This document shows positions 50,274 to 64,000 of a DNA stretch of 64,000 bases, piece by piece. The notes under the pieces are model-generated. The model did not search any database. It was not told the DNA's origin and saw nothing but the letters and a program-made list of their open reading frames with translations. The stretch is from Geosiphon pyriformis uo1 (lineage: Eukaryota; Fungi; Glomeromycota), in NCBI GenBank assembly GCA_016748015.1, contig JAAOMT010000009.1, forward strand, positions 1,737,924 to 1,801,923. The letters run 5' to 3'. Numbering within the stretch: position 1 is the first letter of the stretch; each line of letters opens with the position of its first letter. The translations under genes were made by a program, and so were the position numbers.

Positions 50274-53200
50274 GTCTTCCAATTTTAAATATTTATATAA
50301 AATTAAAAAAATTTTGTTAAAATTTTTGTTTTTTGATTATATTAATATATTTTTGAATTATGTATTTATTAAATTATAAAAAAAATTAAATATAATAAAT
50401 TGTTAATTGTAATTAATAGTTTGCTAAATAAAAATACTACAAATTTGTTTGATATTACAAATAAATTATAAAAACTTTGTAATAAAATTGTTTTAACATT
50501 ATTTTTGGTTTTATTTAATTTATATTTAATACTGAAAACAGTTTCTATTCTGTAAAAACATGCTTGAGTCTTGATAATTTTTAAATTTAATAAATAAAAT
50601 AATGTTTTTATTAATATTTATTTATTTATTTTAATTGAAATAACAAAAAAAAATTTCTTAAAAAATTTTTTAAATCATATTTTTTTGGCTTGTAATAAAT
50701 TTAATATTCTTTACAAAAACAATTTTTTTTCTTAATAGACATAGTTACATGAATTTTTGTTTTTATTATAAGTTTTATTATAAAAAATACTTTAAATAAA
50801 AATTAAAAATTTTAGTTAATTTTATAAGATATATACAAAACTTATAATTTACTAAGTTGGCTTTATTTAAAATTTGTTGAAAATTAAAATATGTAATTAT
50901 TTTATAAAAATTTTTAAAAATATTTATAATAATAGAATTATAACAGAATTTAAATTTTTAAATAAATACAAAATATATAATAAATTAAATTAAGATAAAA
51001 CTTTTTTATTTTTATTATAAAACATATTTTCTAATTTTTTTTTGTACAAAGTAAAAAAACATAAATATTTGTGTAACTATTAAATTAATTTTAAATTTGT
51101 TGTCAAAACAAACAGAATTAAGAATTTAACTTTTTATTTAATAATTAATATTTTTTTTAATAATATAATTTGGATAAAAAATAATTAAATTTTTATTTAA
51201 TATATTTTAAATATTGCAAATAAGTTTATTAAAGTTTAATTTGGCTAAAATGCACTTTAATATTAAGTTTTTTTTAAATTTAATATTAAAAAAAATAGTT
51301 TTAAACAAACAATTTTTGTATTTAATATAAATTAATTTATAACTTATTATTACTTATAAGTCTTAATTTAGTTTTATTTCAAAAAACATATATTATAAAT
51401 AAAACATTATAATAAAAAAAGTTTAAAATTAAAATTAACTTGTTCAAAAATTTTTAAATAAAATTTGTATTATTATTTTTTATATAGTTTGAAATTTTTT
51501 AAACAAATACAAACAAAAAAAATGTTGTATTTTTTTTAATATTAATAATATTTTTAATTATCTTTTTAATTATTGTTCTTTAAATTTACAAATTTTAAAA
51601 TAAACTTTCAAAAATTTGGTGCAATTTTTTGTTAAGTTAAAAGTTAATTTAATTAACAATTTTTTGATTAAAATTGTAAAAAAAATTTTGTATTATAATA
51701 TTTTTTTAATAAATAGTTTGTCTAAGTATTTTGGAATATTAATTAATTTTTTATGTTTAAAATATCTTGGTATAGTTTTTAGTAATAAATTTTTAAATAA
51801 AAGTTATAATATTATAAATTAAAAAACTTTTTACTATTAAAAAAAATTAAATCTTAAAAAATTAATGTTATATTAATTTATTTTGTTAATTTTAGATATA
51901 ATATTGGTTTAAATTTTGTTAAATCTGATTTGGTTTATAAATTTTATTGTTAAAATATTTATAATTTAATTAGTTTTTTTATTTTTTAAGAATATAATTA
52001 GATATTATTAATTTTTATATAAATAAATTTTTAAAAAATCTGGTTTTATCTAAAATAGTTTATAAAACAATAGCTTTTTTTTCGGATTTAGACTTAAATA
52101 TTAATATTAAGATATATAATTTAGTTTTTTAATAATAGTTAAATTATAAGTTATTATATTAGTTTTTAAATATATTTTAATTTTTAATAAGATAATAATT
52201 TATTTAAACAATTAAATACTTTTAAATATATGTAATTTTAAACTTGATTTGATTTTACCAAATTTTTACAATTATTATTGAAAAAAATAATAATACATAT
52301 TTAATTTAATTGTTTTAAAAAGTATTTTAATTACTTAATTAAAGATTAAAAACTATTTTAACAATAAAAATAATAATTATACAAATATATTTGTTAATAA
52401 AACTTTTATTTTATTTTATTTTTTGTTTCTATTTAAAAGTAATTTATTATAATAAATAATATTGTAGTTTTAAATAATGCTTATTATTTTGTATATAATA
52501 TATATAAAATTATTTGTTGTGCTTATTAAAAAATTAGATTTAATTTAAACATAATTAATAATTTTTTGTTGAAAGATATAAATTGGTCTTATACTTTAAT
52601 AATATAATATTTTAATTTGCACATATTATTTGGTTTTATAAGTAAATTTACAACTAGTTTACATATTTATATAATAAAAACAATACATAAATATATGTAA
52701 ATAATAATTAAAAAATAATTTTATAATAAATTTTATTTTAGTATTAAATTTTTATATTGTACAGAAATAAAGCTTTTTAATTATATATTTTTATGCACAA
52801 ATAATATTATTGTTTACAAAAAATTGTTGTTAAAATATATTAAACATTAAAAATTTTTGACAAATATTTATATTCTATTATTGTTGGTTTTTTAGATTTT
52901 ACTCTTTGATATAATTGAAAATAGTTTGTATATTGTTTTTTGTAAGAACATAATACTTAAAATTTAATACATAAAAGCTATTTTAGTTTTTAAAGATACT
53001 AAGATTACAGTCTTAAAATTAATAGCTTTTATGTATTAACTAATAATAAAACATTAAAACAAAGTTTAATTGTATAAATTTAAGTTTAGGATTATTATAA
53101 AAAAAAGTGATTTAATAAATAATAATAATTTTATACTATATGTATAACATGGTTTATTTATTAAATTTTCAGATAGTGTGATTTATATGCTTAATATAAT

Positions 53201-53419
53201 TAAGACTTTTGTAGTTAATTTTGGTTTTTGCAAGCATTATAGTTTTTTTCTGGTTTAAATAGTAACATCATAGTATGGATATCTATAATAATGTCTTAAT
53301 TGGTCCAAGTGGTTGGTTACATGTAAAAAAAACATGATTTATGTCTAGTTAAAACCACTTAGTTTGGTTTGTATATTAGATAACAATTGGGCTTTACTTA
53401 TAAAATAAATAAAAAAAAA
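50274..53419 (+). mobile_element. 5'-truncated relict LINE-d, decayed to near-pure AT
   Basis: ~50460-50610 still aligns with NELWKHC..AWVSMIPKP; recognisable 3' tail and poly(A) at 53289-53419; possible TSD tgtatcta/tatatcta. Confidence 0.75.
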
Positions 53420-54541
53420 TATATCTAAAATTAAATTATAATATTATTTTTGTTTTTTGTATATTGCAATTATTACAAATAAATTTCAAGTGTTAAAATT
53501 CTCAAGCTATTTTATTCATTAAATAACTTGATTAATTTTTTTTCTGAATTATAATTCAAAAAAAAGTTTTTATAGTTATAAAAGCATTGTAATCAATCAC
53601 CATATTGGTTTTTTATTATAACATTTTTTTGTTATTATTATAAAAAAATAAATCATTTTATACTATATATTCTTAAAATAAGCTTTAATAACCTGAGAAA
53701 GTAGGGTGGCTAAGTAAATGATATTATTTTAATAAATAAACTCAAGTTGCTTCGTTACTATCTTTTGATTGTGTGAACCATTCGTTTGAAACCAGCTGTT
53801 ATAACCTTTGCCTTATTCATTGGATGTTCCATGCCTCGTGATATTTAATGGCAAATTCTACTATATTTTTGTTCATGTTAAAATAGATTGTGTCAAATGC
53901 TGGCCGAAAGGAAAAAATGGCGTGCGCGCGTTTGAAGCCTCCGTGCTTTGATGAAAAATTTAAGGTTGCATAATGTCATCTCCACTAAGCCACTTCAAAT
54001 TTTCACTGCCTGGTTTTTTATCGATTAAAAACTCGTTAATATTTTTCTTATGCATTTAATGAAAACACATTATGAATAGTTTATTTAAAAAAAAACTAAT
54101 TAATTTAATTAATAAAAAATCAAAACAAACAAACATATAATCTTTGGAAAAAATAACAATAAAAAATACTAATATATATTTTTTTTTGCAGAAAATATCA
54201 ACATAAAACAAGAAAAAACACTTGGTGAAGAAATTTGAAAAAGAGTACGAAAATCATTTGTACTTATTTCCAACCCTCCCAAATCCGGACCCGTGGCGTG
54301 ACCACGAGATTGCAGATTAAAAACGTGTAAATTCAATGCATAAAAATCCGGGACATTAATTTTTGAGTAGAAAGTAAATAACTCAGTAATGATGTCACAA
54401 AATTGTCATTTTGTCGTCATAGCTGAGCGAATACCCACTTCTGATAATCGGATCAAAATAAATTGAATTCCATCAAAAACCCTATATATTATACTCTAGT
54501 TCTTAAGCATCTCCGCATCGCCTTTTCCAAAAATCATAACC

Positions 54542-55707
54542 ATGGTTAGTACAGCAAAAACCAACGGCTCTACAGCTCCGCGCCAGCGAAGCCTGAGCAT
54601 TTACTCGGATGTAGAGCATAAGCGAATCATCAACGTTACTCACCTGATACCGTACGAACTGGAGATAAACGAAAAAGAACAACATCACTGGACTCTGAAA
54701 CCGAGACATGAGCATTCAGCTCTTTACTCTGGTATTCGGTCTTTGGAGGCTGAATGGGATACGTTGATCATTGGTTATGTTGGTGAAATACATTACGATC
54801 AGGAAGAGGGTGGCAAGTTAATGGAACCTACCCAATTTACTGCTGATCACAAAGCGACTCTATTGGAGTTATTGCAAAAAGATCGGGTTTTGCCAGTATT
54901 TTTGGACGAGGCTGAACACCACGGTCACTATGAGGGTTATTGCAAATCTGGTAAGTTGCATTATACTTTGAAGTTGACTTTGTTTATAAAGTTTAAACTA
55001 CAGAGTACATGACTCTCTCGAAACAAACGCCATTTATCAACGTGAAAATTGGATTTCTTAATTTGAAGAGATTAAATTAATATTCTTTAGTCTTGTGGCC
55101 CTTATTTCATTATATGCTATGGGACGCGGTTACGGACGGCCGTGTTGAAAAAATCAATTGGGATCAGTATGTCAAAGTGAATCAAAGATTTGCCGACCAG
55201 ATTATAGAGGTTTACAGACCAGGCGACATAGGTAATGTCTCCAAGAATTTTTAATTTTCATTTAAGTTTGATGCATGCTTTGTTAATTAGTTCTGAAAAT
55301 TTTTTAGTGTGGATTCATGATTATCATTTATTATTGGTTCCTGAAATGCTTCGAAAGAGGCTTCCTGAAGCACCAATAGGTCTCTTCATTCATGCTCCCT
55401 TCCCAAGTTCAGAAATATTTCGATGTTTGCCTAGTAAGTCAAGCTTCAAATTATTTTGATTTTCCGGAGATGAGATATTATAAAAACCGTATCACGAATT
55501 TTAGGATTTTTTGATTTTATGTCCAGTGATTGATTGATTGATTGCTTCAAAAAATCTATTATGTTAATATAGAACGCAACGAAGTATTAAATGGAATGTT
55601 AGGGGCAAATCAAATTGGCTTCCAGGTAAGAAATGGTACATTTAACTCTTTTATTCAATATTATTTCCATGACCTTGCTCATAAATATTATTATTATTAT
55701 TATTCTT

Positions 55708-55739
<32 letters not shown>

Positions 55740-57469
55740 CCTAGACATATTCGTATGCGAGTCACTTTATCAGCAATTGCACGCGTATTTTAGGCTATGA
55801 ATCCACACCTAAAGGTGTTGATACACAGGGTTCTATTGTTGCCGTGAGTACATTTCCCATCGGAATCGACGTTCAGGAAGTTGAAGAACAAAGGTAAATC
55901 CATAATTCAACTATTATAAGTTGAAAGATTGGCAAGAATTTTTTTTGATTAGAATCACTATTTTCTTAGGAAAAATCCAGGTGTTGCTACTAAAATGAGT
56001 GGTATCAGGGAAATGTATACCGATAAAAAAATTATTGTGGGGCGTGATAAATTAGATTTGGTTAAGGGTGTAATGCAAAAATTGCAAGCCTTTGAAAAGT
56101 TTCTTATTGACTATCCTCAATGGCGTAACAAGGTAACTATATCCCTGATTTGTCTTATTTTTAGCTGAAAACTTTGCCTTTCATATTAATTTTGGTTTTG
56201 CATTTCATGTGATGCTCCCCCAAATCTCCCTTGAGGTTGTTTTAATACAAGTAACATCACCTGCGTTAACAGAATCACCAAAATTGGAACGTAAGGTATC
56301 TGAGCTTATTGCTCATATCAACGGTACCTTTGGTTCACTCGAGTTCACCCCAGTTCATCATTACCACAATCATGCCATTGATCAAGATGAATATTTGGCT
56401 CTTTTGAGCGTGGCCGATATTGGTTTGATTACTTCGGTGCGCGATGGAATGAACACCACATCATTAGAATATATTATGTGCCAGCGAGAAAATCATGGTC
56501 CCTTGATCTTGAGCGAATTCACAGGAATGGCTGGTTCCCTTAGTTCGGCGATAATGGTGAATCCTTGGGATTACACGGGAGTCGCAAAAGCAATAAATGA
56601 AGCATTGGAAATGTCGAAAGAAGAAAGAAAGGCTAAACATTTGGTATGTAAGACCCTTTTAATTCATTTCTCCATGAAACTTGGATGTTTAATATTTGTT
56701 AATCTAATTTTGTTGTTCTTTTAGCAACTATACAATCACATCACTGCTCACACAGCAGGATATTGGGCAAAATCTTTTATCAAAGAACTTTGTTCCTACT
56801 TAATCACCCAGGAACAATCGAAATCTACTCCCTATTTGAAAGTAGACTCCCTCCTGAACCAATTTAGAAAATCCAACAAACGGCTCATTCTCCTTGACTA
56901 TGATGTAATGGGAATTGATCATTTTATATAGAAAAAGTCATATTTTTAATCTCTATAATTTAAACTTCCACTTATTCTCGACTTTTACAAATTATCAAAG
57001 GGTACGTTGACGCCTATCGTCAGAACACCAAGTGCGGCTATTCCTCCAAAAGCAATTCTCAAAGCCTTGAAAACGTTAGCATTAGATTCTCGTAATAACT
57101 TATGGATCATATCAGGGCGCGATCAAGAAGCATTAGATGAATGGCTTAGCGATATCCCGGGCCTTGGTTTAAGGTGTATTTTTGTTGGTGATAAGTTAAA
57201 TTTAATGAGTGAATAAGAATTACTGATAAAATAATTTTATTAGTGCAGAACATGGAAGTTTCATCAAATATCCAAATACTGGAAAATGGGTTAATCTAAC
57301 AGAAGACGTGGACATGGGTTGGAAGACGGATGTAATGGAGATTTTCTCTTATTATACCGAACGAACCCAGGGCTCGTCAATTGAACATAAACGCTGCTCA
57401 ATTACTTGGCATTATCGTCAAGCTGATCCGGTTTATGGGTATGAATCTACTTTTATTCTGTTTCGGAGG

Positions 57470-57500
<31 letters not shown>

Positions 57501-57948
57501 TATGACTTTTTTTAGAGCATTCCAAGCTAAAGAAATGCAAAATCACCTTGAAAGTGCAATCATGCCAAAATTACCGGTTGAAATATTGCTGGGCAAGAAA
57601 AACTTGGAAGTAAGACCAACTTTAATAAATAAGGTATGTGATGTGCATTAAATGGTACTTTGCGAATGTTCTCGATAATTGATACTGAACTAGAAAATTG
57701 CTTATTAGGGGGAAATTATTAAGCGTCTCTTGGGAAATACCCCCGATGTTGATTTTGTCTTTTGTGCTGGGGATGATAAAACAGATGAAGATATGTTTCG
57801 AGCTTTGCGAAAATCTGATCTTGACGAGGAATTTATTTTTTGCACCACCATCGGTTCTGCGAGCAAAAAGACATTGGCGCAATGGCATGTAGGTTCGCCT
57901 GAGGAAATCTTGAATGTACTTACACGTATGATCGAAATAGATTATTAA
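54542..57948 (+). CDS. TPS2: Trehalose-6-phosphate synthase/phosphatase, Tps2-type; 12 exons (54542-54950, 55091-55231, 55308-55433, 55573-55625, 55745-55893, 55970-56132, 56236-56643, 56725-56904, 57001-57173, 57244-57438, 57516-57633, 57709-57948)
   Basis: GT20 motifs WIHDYHL, HAPFPSSEIFR, GRDKLD, RDGMN, SEFTG; HAD motifs DYD|GTL, SAEHG, GDDKTDEDMF; GT-AG introns. Confidence 0.92.
55687..55737 (+). repeat. Compound (TAT)n(TCT)n microsatellite in a TPS2 intron
   Basis: Visible triplet runs. Confidence 0.9.
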
Positions 57949-58504
57949 ATTTTAGAAAATGTTCAATTATGGATCTTTGGACCTGTCGAATCGAAATTCT
58001 ATGGGTCTTCTTTAGATGAAAAATATAACTTAATCGTCAATTAATAATGTATAATTCGTCTTTGACAATATTTATTTATTTTTCGAAGAAAATAATGCAG
58101 AACATTGAATATAGTTCGATTATTGATTTAAAAATAATTAGCTATAATTGTGATAAAACTCAAAAGAAATTTTCCATTAGTCAATATTTTTAAATCGCAA
58201 GTGCAAATTTGGAACCTAAATTTTTCCACTTTTCTTTAGTCTTGTAAAATTCAAAAGAGGTATTTCTTGAATCTACTAGTTCACTAGGAGCTAATCACCA
58301 AAATATACCAAGAGCCAATTATCTCGTTTGTGAATTTTCTACAATTTTATTTAGCACAAATCAATCTGATTAAGAATTTACTTTTGGTTGATCGATCAGA
58401 GAGCACTCCTGAAAGCTTTAGTCAACAAAGATTTACCATATAATGTGGTTGTTCTTTTATCTATTTATCAGTGTCTTTTGTAAAACGTTAACGCACCGTA
58501 ATTA

Positions 58505-61121
<2,617 letters not shown>

Positions 61122-61842
61122 ATGGTAAATACGAAAAACTAGGAAGATAAAAAGTATCGTTTTGGCGAGTTTGTCTTCATTAACTACTTCCTGGCATCTA
61201 AACTACATTTCGCATTGTAAAGCTCAAGATTAATTCTATTTTTTGCTTCGCCTTTTTTTGCAAATTTTAAACAAATAGTCTATCGCAACGAGAAATATAA
61301 AAGCTATTATTCCTCTACTTGATCGCGTTCTGGTTCAGCGTATTAAAGCTGAGCAGGTATTTTATACAGCGTTTTTTTAAGTTCGAATTCAGTTTATGAT
61401 TAAATTAATATCAACCTTTCTAGAAAACCGCTGCTGGTATTTTGATACCCGAAAAATCATTGGAGTCTTTAAACGAAGGAAAAGTTATCGCTGTCGGTAA
61501 AGGTGCCTTGGATAAGGTAAAGAAGTCTTATTTCGGGATACATACAGGAGTTTCATAAAGGCGATTGATCCGCATTAAATTTTTATTCATCCTTGCACTA
61601 GAATGGAAAGCATATCACACCCCAAGTGAAAGAAGGTGATCGCGTGCTTCTTCCAACTTATGGTGGTAATACTGTTAAAGTTGGTGAAGAAGTAGGAATC
61701 AAATTTTTTTTTGCGCGTCAATCTTCAATTTTATTAATTTTCCGGGTGAATTTTTGGCCTGACCTGTTCTCGTATACTTCCATCTTCTTAGGATTACACG
61801 TTGTTCCGTGACTCTGAAATCTTGGCTACGATTAATGAATAA
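61122..61842 (+). CDS. HSP10: Co-chaperonin Hsp10; exons 61122-61124, 61279-61356, 61424-61516, 61602-61691, 61792-61842
   Basis: IPLLDRVLV, KTAAGILIPE, VIAVGKG, VKEGDRVLLPTYGG, LFRDSEILA. Confidence 0.95.
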
Positions 61843-62149
61843 GGGATCTAATAGCTTACATTATTAGTATTATAGAATAGGAAGGCCTCTTGTGGTGAAA
61901 GTTCTCTCTTTCTAGGATAAAGAGAAAGCGAAAAAAATTATGCGAGTTTCAATGTTACATATAATTAATTACGCGTATAATCTTTTGGAATAATTTGAAA
62001 AAGAAATAACCAATATAGCTATAGACATAATTGAGAAATTAATAAATCTGAGATCTAAAAATCGAACTTTTGTATCTGTGTTCATTGGATTGAAGAAAAC
62101 AGGTTCAAACACGAGAAGCTTCGACTAATTATAACATATAAGTTTTCTT

Positions 62150-63030
62150 TTACGGAATCAGTGCCCCGTTTAAAAACTCAATAAATCCTTTCGCGAACTA
62201 AACACCATCATGTTGAAGAGCTGCTGCTTCAAAAAATCTGGATTGGACGAATCCTGACGAATTTTGAGCAAACTCGGTATTGACCTTGAACGGTCAAAAC
62301 CTGATTATCTTTGACCATGCCTTGAATAGATGAAATGTGAGTTGAACCTAGATTCTTGAACCCTGGCAGTAATATTGACACGTGATCCCGATACGCTGGT
62401 TTTAGATAATAAAAAGGAAAAACTTCATTTGCGATTTGATTTTCTGTACCTTGTGCATTTCATGGATTCGCTTTTTTGAAAAATGAATGAAAAATCAGTT
62501 TTTTTGTTTTTTCCTTAACTGATTTGTTGTTAAAGAGTTTAATAAATAAACTTTCTAGGGTTTTACCAAAAAATTATTGTTCGTCTTGAAATTTTTTCGC
62601 CCGTCCTCTGTCAATTCTATAACTGTGACGTCAACCATTTTTATAGATCCAATTTGTAAAAAATTATCACATTGATATGACGGAACTTTTGACATTACTA
62701 CCTCAAGACCGGCTGGATTTCTGATCACCTGACCGCCCATCCGAACCATACTCTAATTAATTTCAACTCTGGATGATACTTTATCAAATTGGCCGTATAC
62801 CCTATGAGACGGTAGATCCACGGTTTATTAAAAAAGGAAAAATAAAATAATTGATCATTTGATCGTTGATCAGTAAGGTATTTCAAGACTAAAAGCTACC
62901 CGATCCAGTAATTAGAACACCATCAATCTCCTTTACTTCCTTTTCGGTCGGATATTCCATTTTTTCTATAACGTCGAATGACAAAATTTCTAGATTGGTG
63001 TTTGAAAATGTTTCACAGTTGTCTTCCAAA
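62150..63030 (-). pseudogene. Decayed class I glutamine amidotransferase-like gene
   Basis: EYPT..EIDGVLITGS, GGQVIRNPAGLEV, DHVS.L.PGF.NLGST...QGMVK....TVQG. The GxC.GHQ and HPEF motifs are disrupted by indels and there is an in-frame TAG. The 5' end is uncertain. Confidence 0.65.
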
Positions 63031-64000
63031 GCTTTTTTTGAATAAATTAGAAAATATATTATAAAAACTTACATATTTTTCCTTCAGTGTTAAAGCGTAA
63101 CTAAATTTATCAGTAATAAATATAGCTAATCTAAGATTGTTTTTTGATGATATTTTATTTAGCAAGAGACTCAAAGAATAAGAATAGTTGAATGTTAAAT
63201 CTTTTGGTTATAAATAATTGTCTAATCCCATTTCAAATTATCAAATTCATGATAGATAAATACTTGACGCACCTGCCCTTAAACGTATGATCTTACATAT
63301 CGAAAGAAATGGAGAGAGAGCACGATTTAAAAGATGATCTTCCTCGAAGCTTAATCACTCCTAAAACGAGAATCAGGGTTAGCTCGGTACTAAACCGCGA
63401 TATTACCACCTACGGGAAACAACATTTGATCGACCAGAGTCATGAGACATGTTGGAACTCAGATCAGGTTAAATTTAATTTTCTTTGATCAGTTGACTAA
63501 CTTCGTATCATCTGAACCTTTAAATTATTAATTCGTGACAGGGCTCTCCCCAATATATAATTATTGATTTTCAACGTAAAGTAAAACTACAAGAATTATT
63601 AATCATGTTCCAGGGAGGATTCGCTGGAAAAAAATGTCATATCCTTGGCGCCAATCATAATGATGGATACCAATATGAATTAATTACATCTATTTTTCCT
63701 GAAGATATCAATACCCTACAAATATCCTTTAATGTACTTCTTTAAAAACGAACAGTTCTTTTTTTTCGAATGTTACTCTTAACTCTATCTTGGCAATCGA
63801 TTATCTTATCTTTAAATTACAAGTTTCCTATTCACGATTCTAGCGATCAGCCAAATTTAAAGATTCACCAACGAATGAAGATTATTTTTGAATCAAGCGC
63901 AGATTTCTTTGGGAGAATAACCATATATTTGTTGGATGTGATTGGGCAAGATGCATAATTAGAAACAAGAAGATAATAGCATTATGATTAATAAATTAAT

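Noticed and set aside
63770-63958. Short ORF at the window end
   Set aside because: No recognisable motif; cannot be supported.

Overview
Eukaryotic, intron-rich, very AT-rich fungal DNA. The TE protein types and gene structures suggest Glomeromycotina, possibly Geosiphon-like; this is an inference, not checked. The first ~53.6 kb is a nested transposon island. It holds three full-length L1-like LINEs (ORF1 with RRM/CCHC; ORF2 with APE-RT-RNaseH-Zn) and one 5'-truncated relict LINE. It also holds an ORF1-only, TSD-flanked non-autonomous LINE (HAL1-like) that shares the LINEs' structured 3' tail. Two Ty3/Gypsy elements carry a Cys-rich insert, a dUTPase between protease and RT, and a homologous extra ORF after integrase. 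Older Gypsy relics make up the rest. All TE copies are inactivated, almost entirely by C>T/G>A transitions, in a clear age gradient. From ~53.7 kb the DNA is CpG-retaining and genic: TPS2 (12 exons), head-to-head HSP60/HSP10, and a decayed class I glutamine amidotransferase gene. There are two 20-N assembly gaps. The best novelty candidates are the ORF1-only LINE partner with its predicted pseudoknotted 3' tail, the conserved extra ORF3 of the dUTPase-Gypsy lineage, and the RIP-like repeat-restricted hypermutation.
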